From Candidatus Binatia bacterium (GTDB taxonomy: Bacteria > Desulfobacterota > Binatia > UTPRO1), in assembly GCA_041476145.1 (NCBI GenBank), contig JBGOSW010000001.1, positions 572-64,571 of the forward strand: a stretch of DNA of 64,000 bases. The letters are read 5' to 3'. Made by a program: the position numbers and the translations under genes. Within the stretch, counting starts at the first letter, position 1, and each line of letters opens with the position of its first letter. Below, one piece after another: positions 31,313 to 39,808 of this stretch. The notes under the pieces were generated by a model. It saw only the letters and a list, made by a program, of their open reading frames with translations. It had not been told where the DNA came from and ran no database searches.

Positions 31313-34300
31313 TTACGACTGAGCGGCGCGGACGCGCTGCTCGAGCTGCTCGGTGTCCTCCGGGGTGAGACTGAAGTACCGGGCCTCGGGGTGATGGAAC
31401 ACCAACGCCGAGACCGAGCCCTCCGGCTCCATCATGAAGCCCTCGGTCAGATGGACCCCGATCTGCCGCTCGACGTCGAGGAGACGAAAGAGCTGCACCT
31501 GATCCTCGAGGCGCGGGCAGGCGGGATAGCCGAACGAGACCCGGACACCGCGATACTTCGCCTTGAAGAGGTCCTGCTTCGTCGCGTCGGGTGGGTCGGG
31601 GAAGCCCCACATCTCACGGATCTTGGCGTGCAACAGCTCGGCGAAAGCCTCCGCACCCTCGAGCGCGAGCACCTGCAAGACGTGTGAGCGCAGGTACTCG
31701 CCCGCGTCCTTCCACTCGTCGGCGAGGGCGCGCACGCCGGGGCCGACGGTGGTCGCGAACATGCACACGTAGTCGGTGCGGCCGGACTCGCGGGGCGCCG
31801 TGAAGTCGGCGAGGCAGAGCCCGCCGTCCTTTGCCTGGCGGCCGAAATCGTAGCGCTCGACCGGCCGGTCGCCCTCGGGCCCGTAGATGAGGAGCGCGTC
31901 GCCGTCGCTCTGCGCGCGGAAGAACTTGTAGACCGCCTTGGCGGTGATGTCCGACCGCCGCAGCATTTCCTCCTCGACCGCCGCCACCGCCGCCCGCAGC
32001 TCGCGCGCCTTCGCATCGCCGGCGGCGAGCGCCTCGGCGAACTTCCCTTTGAAGCCGAGGTGACGCGTGTAGAGCATCACCGGATTGATGTAGGAGAAGA
32101 TCGCATCGAGGTCGTAGTCGCGTACGACGTGCAATTTGAGATCCGGCGGCTGCGGGATCGGAAAGTCGTGGCGAAGGACGGCCTTGGTGAACGCGCGACC
32201 CGCGGCGGGCGCCGCCGCGGGGGCGCCGCTCGCCGCCAACGCGGTGAATTCGCGCGCGAGACGCTCGCCGAGCGCGCTGCGGCGCGCCGGGTCTTGCAGC
32301 TGGTTCGCGAGGTCGAGGCCGGTCATGGCGTCCTGCGCGTAGACGACCATGCCGGCGTATTCGGGTGCGATGCGTGTACGCGTGAACTTGTTGGTGAGCG
32401 CCGCGCCGCCGACGAGGATCGGACAGTCGATACCGGCGCGCGCCAGATCCTGCGCCGTGACGACCATCATTTGCGCCGACTTGACGAGGAGGCCGGAGAG
32501 GCCGATCGCGTCCGGCGCGTGCTCCCGATAGGCGCGCACCAGGTCGTCGGGCGGCACCTTGATGCCGAGATTGATGACGCGATAGCCGTTGTTGCCGAGG
32601 ATGATCTCGACCAGGTTCTTCCCGATGTCGTGGACGTCGCCCTTCACGGTCGCGAGCAGGATCTTCCCCTTGGTCGAGGTCTCGGCTTTCTCCATGTGCG
32701 GCTCGAGGTAGCCGACCGCCGCCTTCATCGCCTCGGCGGACTGCAGCACCTCGGCGACGATCAATTCATTGGCGTTGAACAGCCGTCCGACCTCGTCCAT
32801 CCCCGCCATGAGGGGACCGTTGATGATTTCGAGCGGCCGGCGGGCGCGCAGCGCCTCGTCGAGGTCGGCGTAGAGGCCTTCCTTCGAGCCGACCAGGATG
32901 TAGCGCGCCAGACGTTCGTCGAGCGGCAGTTTCTTCCACTCCTCTTCGGTTTGCTTCGATTTGCGCTCGCGGAAGTGCGCCGCGAAGGCCGCGATCGGAT
33001 CGTCGCCGCGCCACCAGATGAGGTTCTCGGCGAGCGCCCGTTCCTCGGGCGGAATCTCCGAGTAGCGTTCGAGCTTCTCCGAGTTGACGATCGCCATGTC
33101 GAGGCCGGCCTGGACGCAGTGATACAAGAACACCGAGTTCAGCACCTCGCGCCCCGCCGCCGGCAGGCCGAACGACACGTTCGAGACGCCGAGGATCGTC
33201 TTGCAGCGCGGCAGCTTCTCCTTGATGAGCCGGATACCTTCGATCGTCTCGACACCCGAGCCGATGTAGTTCTGGTCGCCGGTCCCGACCGGAAACACGA
33301 GCGCGTCGAAATAGATGTCCTCGGGCTCGACGCCGTACTTCTCGGTGAGCAAACGATGCGAGCGCTCGGCGATCGCGAGCTTGCGGACACGCGTCACCGC
33401 CTGCGCCTGCGCTTTGTCCTCGTCGATGCAGCCGACGACGAGCGCCGCGCCGAACGTGCGCGCCAGCGGCACCACGCGCTGGAAACGCTCCTCGCCGTCC
33501 TCGAGGTTGATCGAGTTGATGATCGACTTCCCTTGGGTGCGCTTCAGGCCCTCCTCGAGGACGCGTGCGTCGGTCGAGTCGAGCATGATGGGGACCTTCA
33601 CCTTCTTGGCCACCATCTCGAGGAAGCGCGTCATGTCGATGGTCTCGGGACGGTCGGGATCCTGCAGGCAGACGTCGATGACGTGCGCGCCGCGACGCAC
33701 CTGGAGGCGGCCGATCTCGCTCGCCTCTTCGATTTTATCCGCGGCGATGAGCTGCTTGAACTTGCGGCTGCCGAGGACGTTCGTCCGCTCGCCGACGATC
33801 ACCGGCCGCGTGTCGTCGTCGATGACGAGGGTCTCGATGCCGGAGACCGCGGAGCGACGGACGTCGGGGATGCGTCGCGGCGTCTTGCCGCGCGCCACCT
33901 CGGCGAGCAGGGCGATGTGGTCCGGGACCGTGCCGCAGCAGCCGCCGATGAGATTCACCCAGCCCTCGGACACGAAGCGGCCGACCTTGGACGCGATCAT
34001 CGGCGGCGTCTCGTTGTAGCGCCCGTTCTCGTCGGGCAAGCCGGCGTTCGGCACGCACGCCACCGGAAACCGCGCCAGCGCCGCGAGCGTGCGCAGATGA
34101 TCGGTCATGAAGTCGGGGCCGGTCGCGCAGTTGAGGCCGATCCACAGGAGATCCCGGTGCGCGAGCGAGACGTAGAACGCCTCGACGTCCTGGCCCGCGA
34201 GCAGCGTCCCCATGACCTCGATCGTCCCCTGGACGGCGATCGGCACCGCCGTCCCGAGCTTCGCCTGCGCACGGTCGATGCCGACGAGCCCCGCCTTCAC

Positions 34301-34825
34301 GTTCAGCGTGTCTTGCGTCGTCTCGAGCAGGAGCAGGTCGACGCCGCCCTCGATCAGACCGGCGGCTTGCGCCTCATAGTGGTCCGCGAGATCGTCCCAG
34401 GTGACGCCGCCCGTGACCGAGATCGTCTTGGTCGTCGGCCCCATCGACCCGGCGACGAAGCGCGGCTGGTCCGGTGTCGAGTACGCGGCCGCGGCCTCGC
34501 GGGCAATGCGCGCCGCCGCGACGTTGATCGCATGGGTCTCGGCCGCCAAGCCGTACTCGGCGAGGACCAGCGGCGTCGCGCCGAAGGTGTCGGTCTCGAC
34601 GATGTCGGCGCCGGCGGCGAGGAAACGCTCGTGAACACCGCGGATGACCTCGGGGCGTGTGAGGACGAGGTTCTCGTTGCAGCCCTCGAGCGCGGCGCCG
34701 CCGAAGTCGTCGGCGGTCAAGTCGAGCTGCTGGATGGACGTCCCCATGGCACCGTCGAGGACGAGGATACGCTCGGTGAGGAGACGCTTCAGCAGCGCGA
34801 TTCGTTGGTTGCGGTCGTCGGACAT
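31313..34825 (-). CDS. metH: cobalamin-dependent methionine synthase
   Basis: The 1170-aa product has Hcy-binding, pterin-binding and B12-binding (GDVHDIGKN) modules plus a C-terminal AdoMet-activation module, in canonical order. Confidence 0.96.
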   Translation of the reverse strand: MSDDRNQRIALLKRLLTERILVLDGAMGTSIQQLDLTADDFGGAALEGCNENLVLTRPEVIRGVHERFLAAGADIVETDTFGATPLVLAEYGLAAETHAINVAAARIAREAAAAYSTPDQPRFVAGSMGPTTKTISVTGGVTWDDLADHYEAQAAGLIEGGVDLLLLETTQDTLNVKAGLVGIDRAQAKLGTAVPIAVQGTIEVMGTLLAGQDVEAFYVSLAHRDLLWIGLNCATGPDFMTDHLRTLAALARFPVACVPNAGLPDENGRYNETPPMIASKVGRFVSEGWVNLIGGCCGTVPDHIALLAEVARGKTPRRIPDVRRSAVSGIETLVIDDDTRPVIVGERTNVLGSRKFKQLIAADKIEEASEIGRLQVRRGAHVIDVCLQDPDRPETIDMTRFLEMVAKKVKVPIMLDSTDARVLEEGLKRTQGKSIINSINLEDGEERFQRVVPLARTFGAALVVGCIDEDKAQAQAVTRVRKLAIAERSHRLLTEKYGVEPEDIYFDALVFPVGTGDQNYIGSGVETIEGIRLIKEKLPRCKTILGVSNVSFGLPAAGREVLNSVFLYHCVQAGLDMAIVNSEKLERYSEIPPEERALAENLIWWRGDDPIAAFAAHFRERKSKQTEEEWKKLPLDERLARYILVGSKEGLYADLDEALRARRPLEIINGPLMAGMDEVGRLFNANELIVAEVLQSAEAMKAAVGYLEPHMEKAETSTKGKILLATVKGDVHDIGKNLVEIILGNNGYRVINLGIKVPPDDLVRAYREHAPDAIGLSGLLVKSAQMMVVTAQDLARAGIDCPILVGGAALTNKFTRTRIAPEYAGMVVYAQDAMTGLDLANQLQDPARRSALGERLAREFTALAASGAPAAAPAAGRAFTKAVLRHDFPIPQPPDLKLHVVRDYDLDAIFSYINPVMLYTRHLGFKGKFAEALAAGDAKARELRAAVAAVEEEMLRRSDITAKAVYKFFRAQSDGDALLIYGPEGDRPVERYDFGRQAKDGGLCLADFTAPRESGRTDYVCMFATTVGPGVRALADEWKDAGEYLRSHVLQVLALEGAEAFAELLHAKIREMWGFPDPPDATKQDLFKAKYRGVRVSFGYPACPRLEDQVQLFRLLDVERQIGVHLTEGFMMEPEGSVSALVFHHPEARYFSLTPEDTEQLEQRVRAAQS

Positions 34826-34894
34826 CCCTTGACTCGCCGCTGTCGCGGAGAGCCCACGAGTCTACTTGGTGCGGGCGGTCTCTGCCAATCGGGA

Positions 34895-34908
34895 AAGGCG
34901 ATCGCCTT
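34895..34908. promoter_or_regulatory. 14-nt perfect palindrome AAGGCGATCGCCTT between the ATP-grasp gene stop and metH
   Basis: Read directly from the sequence. It shares one nucleotide (34908) with the ATP-grasp stop codon (34908-34910) and lies in the 82-nt metH leader. It could be a short hairpin or a dimeric protein-binding site; the function is unknown. Confidence 0.3.
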
Positions 34909-35933
34909 CATACCGGCAGACCGTGCAGATACTCGGCGAGGCGGTGGAAGTGTCCGCGATAGTGCTCGGGATCGCGTCCGTCTTCGGATTCCATGAAAAA
35001 ATACAGCGGATTGATGTCCACGATCACCGGGGCGCGGTCGGCCGGCGTCAGCGCGTCGACTGCGTAGCATTCCAAGCCCATGAGGGGGCCGATCCTCAGC
35101 ACGTCCTCCTTCAAGCGGGCGGGAACTTCGTAGTCCTCGTTGAGCGTTCGTTGCAGGTCCAACATGTCTTTCGGCGCAGTCGCGTACCGCGTGACGTTGC
35201 TGATCCAGTGCGTGCTCAGCACCCTGGCCTGCATGTCGATCCTGCCGCCGACGACGACCAGGCGTACCTTGGCGAAGTACTTGCCGACCCGGTCCTCCAC
35301 GTACTCCACGGCGGCCGTGCGATAGTACGGCTCGCCCGACGAACGGTAGAACGGCCTCTCGGCTTCCGGCACGCGTTCGATGAGGCCTGCGCTCGCGAGA
35401 CACCGGCCGATCCCATCTCGGATGCGGCGGCGAAGCGGTTTGTCCTTGGGGAACCGCGCCAGGACGTCGAAAAGGTGCGCGCGGTCCGTCACCAGATGCA
35501 TTCCCCTTCCCACGGCGGAGTCGGCCAGGCGATACACTATCGGGAATGACAGCTCGCCCGCGGAAACGGCCGCCATGATCTCGTAGGCCGTGGGGTTGGA
35601 GATGCAGGTGGGGACGGAAACGCCCAGCAACCGCAATTCCCGATACCACTGATCCTTCCGATGGGCGCCGAGGTTCTTGCTGGCTGGATTGACGATCCGG
35701 GCGCCGTGCTCTTTGAAGGTGTTCTCGATGTCCACGGCCCTACGACAGGTGTCCGCGTGCAGCTCGTGCTCATAGCCGGTGCGCATGAAGACGACCCGCT
35801 TGCCCACGTAACTCGCGAGCCTGGAAGGATCGTAGAGCTCCTGCAATTCGACGAGCTGAAGCGGCAGCTTCGCGCGTGTCGTGAGGTCCGAGATGTAGCC
35901 GTTATGCTTGGAATAGACGACGAGCGGGATCAC
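34908..35933 (-). CDS. ATP-grasp-fold ligase-like protein (substrate unknown)
   Basis: The 341-aa product starts at a GTG. The pattern FPIVYRLADSAVGRGMHLV ... AAVEYVED...VRLVVVGGRIDMQARV...HWISNV follows the ATP-grasp central/C-domain layout (RimK-like). The gene overlaps the upstream gene by 32 nt. The region is visibly lower in GC. Confidence 0.6.
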   Translation of the reverse strand: MIPLVVYSKHNGYISDLTTRAKLPLQLVELQELYDPSRLASYVGKRVVFMRTGYEHELHADTCRRAVDIENTFKEHGARIVNPASKNLGAHRKDQWYRELRLLGVSVPTCISNPTAYEIMAAVSAGELSFPIVYRLADSAVGRGMHLVTDRAHLFDVLARFPKDKPLRRRIRDGIGRCLASAGLIERVPEAERPFYRSSGEPYYRTAAVEYVEDRVGKYFAKVRLVVVGGRIDMQARVLSTHWISNVTRYATAPKDMLDLQRTLNEDYEVPARLKEDVLRIGPLMGLECYAVDALTPADRAPVIVDINPLYFFMESEDGRDPEHYRGHFHRLAEYLHGLPV

Positions 35934-37680
35934 GCTTGCCTTCCGCCTCCATGATCTCCGTGATCGCCGGCCGTAAGGCCCTCGCCATCACCTTGTAGCC
36001 GCTCCTATTGGGGTGGACGACGTCCTCGAACAAGTCCTGAACGAACCGTCCGTCGTCGGTCATCGGGGTGTACATATCGCACGTGTGGTCGAAATGGTCC
36101 GCGATCATGCGGTTCAGCTCGATGATCTCTCTCGGAAACTTGTCTGGAATGGGAAGCCTGGGCGGGATCTGGCAGATGATCGTCGGCACCGGAATGAGGG
36201 CATCCAGCTCCTTGAGGTTCTCGAACACGTCGTTCGGGGTGGACCCGCAATCCAGATCGTTGATGCCGATGAGAATGACGACCGCCGTCGGATCCAGATC
36301 CAGCACGTCTTCCCGGAGCCTGAACAACAGTCCTCGCGACGTATCCCCGCATATGCCGCGGTTCACGGACTTGATGTTCGGAAACCGCGGCGGGTTGTAC
36401 CACTGCTCGATGATCGAGTCTCCGAAGAACACGATCCCGTCCATGTCCAGCAGCCGGCGGTCCCAGAATCGTCCCCGTCTTTCGTGCCAGCGGTTCGGCA
36501 AGTGGCGAAGCCGGCCCTGCCCCGGCCAATCGTGCTTCGGGGGCGGCAGCGGGGCGCCGTCGGTGCGGGGAAGAGTCCTGGATTTGCTCGCGAGGATCTC
36601 TTTGAAGATGCGGTCGTGCATCGCGGCGATCTTGGTGATGTCGTACTTCGCGGCGATCGTCGTGTATGCCCGCGCGGCGTAGCCGCGGGCGCTGTCGGCA
36701 CTCTCCAACAGCCCGAGCATTGCGTCTCGCAGCGCGCCCGCGTCGTTGAAGGGAACGAGCTTGCCCGACTCGTCGTGCTCGACCAGATCCGGCACGCCCC
36801 CGACGGGTGTCGAGATGATGGGGACCCGCATCGCCGCGGCTTCGATGGACACCCGCGGCATGCCTTCGCTGAAGGAGCAGATCACCACGCAATCGGACGC
36901 GCGGTAGACCGCGAGCACGTCTTCCTGCTTGGGGAAGAGCCGGATCCGGCCATGGCCGCGCGTTGCGATGAACGCCCGCACCTCCTCGACGTACTCGCTG
37001 CCGCTGAAATCCCGATCGCCGAAAATCGCGAACAGGACCGCGGAGCGAGGATCGCGCTCGATGAGCTCCGCCGCCGCGTTCAGGAACATCATCTGGTTCT
37101 TGTTCGGGGTGATGCTGCCGACCATGCTGAACAGGAACGCGTCACGCGGAATGTCCAGGGCCTTCCGGCTGTCCGCTCTGTCGTGCATCTTCAGATACGC
37201 GTCGCATTCCTCCAGATCCACGCCGTTGCTGATGACCTGGAACCGGGGATTGGACACCAGGTGCTTGTGCGCCTTGGCCGTGTCCTCCGAAATGAAAAGC
37301 ACCTTGGACGCGCGGGAGAAATCCAGATTGTCCGCGCCCGGGGTCGGGTATTCCTCTCTGGCGTTTCCAGGGACGCGCCAGATCACGGGCACATTCAAAT
37401 CCTGCGCGGCCTCGACGACCTTGAAGGAAGACACCGCGCTGGCATAGACGATGTCCGCGCCGACGCTCTCGATGATGGTCGGAGAGGGCTCGCTGAAGGC
37501 GTCGGGCGAGACGCGGACGGGTATGCCCGAGGCTTCGTATCTCTCGACCATCGGTCCATCATTGCCGGCGAGGCATGATACTCGATAATCCCGCTTCAAC
37601 AATTCCTTGCCCAAATAGAAGGCCGAGAGCTGAGAGCCTCCGAGCGTCATGTAGTAATTTGCGATGAGAATATGCGTCAT
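35902..37680 (-). CDS. fusion protein: GT-B (GT4-like) glycosyltransferase + C-terminal SGNH/GDSL hydrolase-acyltransferase domain
   Basis: This is the internal ATG at 37680 (MTHILIANYYMTLGGSQ) of track ORF 35902..37938, in an ATGA overlap with the upstream 78-aa gene. The GT4 EX7E motif is EGMPRVSIE. The SGNH blocks are FFGDSIIEQW, RGICGDTS, VILIGINDL and DVVHPNRSGY. Confidence 0.8.
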   Translation of the reverse strand: MTHILIANYYMTLGGSQLSAFYLGKELLKRDYRVSCLAGNDGPMVERYEASGIPVRVSPDAFSEPSPTIIESVGADIVYASAVSSFKVVEAAQDLNVPVIWRVPGNAREEYPTPGADNLDFSRASKVLFISEDTAKAHKHLVSNPRFQVISNGVDLEECDAYLKMHDRADSRKALDIPRDAFLFSMVGSITPNKNQMMFLNAAAELIERDPRSAVLFAIFGDRDFSGSEYVEEVRAFIATRGHGRIRLFPKQEDVLAVYRASDCVVICSFSEGMPRVSIEAAAMRVPIISTPVGGVPDLVEHDESGKLVPFNDAGALRDAMLGLLESADSARGYAARAYTTIAAKYDITKIAAMHDRIFKEILASKSRTLPRTDGAPLPPPKHDWPGQGRLRHLPNRWHERRGRFWDRRLLDMDGIVFFGDSIIEQWYNPPRFPNIKSVNRGICGDTSRGLLFRLREDVLDLDPTAVVILIGINDLDCGSTPNDVFENLKELDALIPVPTIICQIPPRLPIPDKFPREIIELNRMIADHFDHTCDMYTPMTDDGRFVQDLFEDVVHPNRSGYKVMARALRPAITEIMEAEGKRDPARRLFQA

Positions 37681-37913
37681 GATTTTTCCGCATCGAGCAC
37701 GACCCGTCCCTTGTCGGTGAGCCGGAACACCCCGTCGTCGAACTCGACGAGCGCGTCCGCCACCAGCCCTTCCATGATCTGCGAGAACGCCTGATGCCCA
37801 GCCTGATAGAACACGAGGCTGTGCGTGTGGAGTTCCCGCATGAGAATGGAGCCTCCCTGTTTCGCGATGAACTCGAGGAGACCCCGACGTGCGACGTGGA
37901 TGTCCGTCCCCAT
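37677..37913 (-). CDS. 78-aa winged-helix-like small protein
   Basis: The ORF has an ATG start, and its stop overlaps the start of the GT4::SGNH gene. The predicted layout is helix-turn-helix plus wing (LLEFIAKQGGSILMRELHTHS...FSQIMEGLVADALVEFDDGVFRLTDKGRVVL). The fold call is from the sequence pattern only. Confidence 0.55.
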   Translation of the reverse strand: MGTDIHVARRGLLEFIAKQGGSILMRELHTHSLVFYQAGHQAFSQIMEGLVADALVEFDDGVFRLTDKGRVVLDAEKS

Positions 37914-37928
37914 GGTGCCCTCTCCTTC

Positions 37929-39236
37929 CTATTGCCATCCTTCCGCAACCGTGGAGGCGATGAACTCGGCGCCCTTCTGGTTGGGATGGTACTGGTCCTT
38001 GAAGAAATAGCTCTGCTTGTCGGTCGCCGACTCGAATGCCGTCGCCACATCGATCAAGGTGATTCCTTTTTCAGCGGCGAGCTTTCGCAGCAACGCATTG
38101 TTGTTCTGAAGCAGGAGCCGCGGCCGTCCCGCCATGTTCTGCATGAAGGTCACGATGACCGGCTTGATCCCCTTCTCCCGGCAGATGAGACAGATCGTCT
38201 GAATGTTCTCGATGTAGCTCCCCCCGACGGTCTTCATGAGCCTTTGCAGCTCCTGACTTTGGGTCTCGCGTCCCCCGGGACGGTCCGATTGCGACGCGAT
38301 CGGCGCGCTATCGGCCGCCGCGCGTCGCATGATCCCGCCCAGGACCGGGACGCGCTGCTGCAGGAGGTAGAAGAGCAGGCTTCTCGCATAGAGGTTCTGG
38401 CCTCGAGTCTCAGCAGCCCAGAATTGCGCAACCGACCCACTGAAGAGGATCTCTTCGGAGATCAGGAGGTGATCGGGTTCCAAACCGTAGAGGTCGTTGG
38501 GGCCGACGTACAAGATCACGTGACTCGGTTTCAGCGGAAGCACTTTGGTGTAGAAGCGAAAAAGTGTCTGCAGAGACGTATGACCGTTGTTCCCCGCATT
38601 GACGACGTCGAGTGACGGATCGTCGAGTCTCGCACGCAATCTCTCCTCCAGCCGGTGGGACCAGGTTTCGTCGTCGTTCAAGCCGTAGCCGAAGACTGCG
38701 GACTCGCCGAGCGTGAAGATTCGTGTTCCCCCACTCTCCTCCCAGGCACCACGCAGATGCGTCCGAAAACCGAAACGGTCGGTGGTGTACGTCGCGCCCG
38801 CATTCACCCACTTGTGATTCGGAGTCGCTTCGAACGCGAACAAGAGCGACCGTTTGTGCCCCCAAGCGCTGTACTGCGAAAACGCGTCCTCGAGCCGGAG
38901 GCGATAGGTCAAGACCGTCTCGACGGTCAAGCACGCCACGACGACCGCACCGAGGCCGAGCACGAAGGAATATGCGGGCGAAACGCTGCGTGATCGATGA
39001 CAAATTACCCCGATGATCAGCGGCAGTCCGGCGGCGGTAAGCGCGGAAATCTCGAGAAACTCGACGTAAAGGGTAGTGAACCCCAAAATGGTTGGATCCG
39101 CCGATCGATGGGACAGCAAAGGGAGAAAGAGCAGGACCAAGGGGATGGCGGCGACGAGATAGCCTCTGATCAACACGTTCGGGCGCGTGCCGCGGACGGC
39201 TGCGCCGTCGGGGTGCGAGGCGATCTCTCCGATCAT
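37929..39236 (-). CDS. membrane-anchored SGNH/GDSL-family protein
   Basis: This is the internal ATG at 39236 (MIGEIASH) of track ORF 37929..39332, in an ATGA overlap with the upstream acetyltransferase stop. About 4 N-terminal TM helices are followed by SGNH blocks IFTLGESAVFGYG, VVNAGNNGHTS, ILYVGPNDL and DQYHPNQKGAE. Confidence 0.75.
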   Translation of the reverse strand: MIGEIASHPDGAAVRGTRPNVLIRGYLVAAIPLVLLFLPLLSHRSADPTILGFTTLYVEFLEISALTAAGLPLIIGVICHRSRSVSPAYSFVLGLGAVVVACLTVETVLTYRLRLEDAFSQYSAWGHKRSLLFAFEATPNHKWVNAGATYTTDRFGFRTHLRGAWEESGGTRIFTLGESAVFGYGLNDDETWSHRLEERLRARLDDPSLDVVNAGNNGHTSLQTLFRFYTKVLPLKPSHVILYVGPNDLYGLEPDHLLISEEILFSGSVAQFWAAETRGQNLYARSLLFYLLQQRVPVLGGIMRRAAADSAPIASQSDRPGGRETQSQELQRLMKTVGGSYIENIQTICLICREKGIKPVIVTFMQNMAGRPRLLLQNNNALLRKLAAEKGITLIDVATAFESATDKQSYFFKDQYHPNQKGAEFIASTVAEGWQ

Positions 39237-39808
39237 GGAGTGGGCGCGAGGCCGGCCTCCTCGCTCACCAGCCGGTAGCGCCGACCACACCCGCAGACGA
39301 GGTCCGCCGCGAGCCGTGCGCCACACGCGCACATCCAGCCGATGCGTCGCGCCGGGTTGCCGACGACGAGCGCGTGGGCGGGCACGTCACGCACCACCAC
39401 GCTGCCGGCCCCGACGAACGCCTCGGCCCCGATCGTGATGCCGCAGATGATGGTCGCGTTGGCACCGATCGAGGCGCCCCGGCGGACGAGCGTGGGCACC
39501 CACACGTCCTCCGTCGTCTTGAACGCGGAGCGCGGGGTCAGGTCGTTCGTGAAGACCATGTTCGGGCCGAGGAACACCTCGTCCTCGACCGTCACCTTGG
39601 CCCAGATCAGGACGCCGTTCTTCACCGTCACACGGTCGCCGACGACAGCCCCGGCTTCGATGAACGCGTGATCGCCGACGTTGCAGTCGGCGCCGAGTCG
39701 CGCCCCCTTCATGACGTGAGCGAACGCCCAGACGCGGGTGCGCGGACCGACGTCCTCGCTCTCGCAGAGTGCCTTGTCGTGGATGAAGACGGTCGGGTCG
39801 AGCGTCAC
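39233..39808 (-). CDS. left-handed beta-helix (hexapeptide) sugar N-acetyltransferase, WbpD/WlbB-like
   Basis: The 191-aa product has hexapeptide repeats (IGANATIICGITIGAEAFVGAGSVVVRDV). It ends in a CxC-x9-CxC tail (CACGARLAADLVCGCG). The GTG start overlaps the aminotransferase stop (GTGA). Confidence 0.8.
   Translation of the reverse strand: MTLDPTVFIHDKALCESEDVGPRTRVWAFAHVMKGARLGADCNVGDHAFIEAGAVVGDRVTVKNGVLIWAKVTVEDEVFLGPNMVFTNDLTPRSAFKTTEDVWVPTLVRRGASIGANATIICGITIGAEAFVGAGSVVVRDVPAHALVVGNPARRIGWMCACGARLAADLVCGCGRRYRLVSEEAGLAPTP

Noticed and set aside
34826-34907. Possible cobalamin or SAH riboswitch in the metH leader. The minus strand contains GGCAGAGACCGCCC, which vaguely resembles a B12 box.
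   Set aside because: The leader is only 82 nt, too short for a cobalamin riboswitch. The match to the B12-box consensus is poor, and B12 riboswitches normally control metE rather than metH. An Rfam cmscan would settle it.
34908-37913. ATP-grasp plus small wHTH/RRE-like protein as a graspetide-type RiPP cluster.
   Set aside because: No candidate precursor-peptide ORF is adjacent. The genes are embedded among glycosyltransferase, SGNH and sugar-modifying genes, so glycan decoration is the more economical reading.
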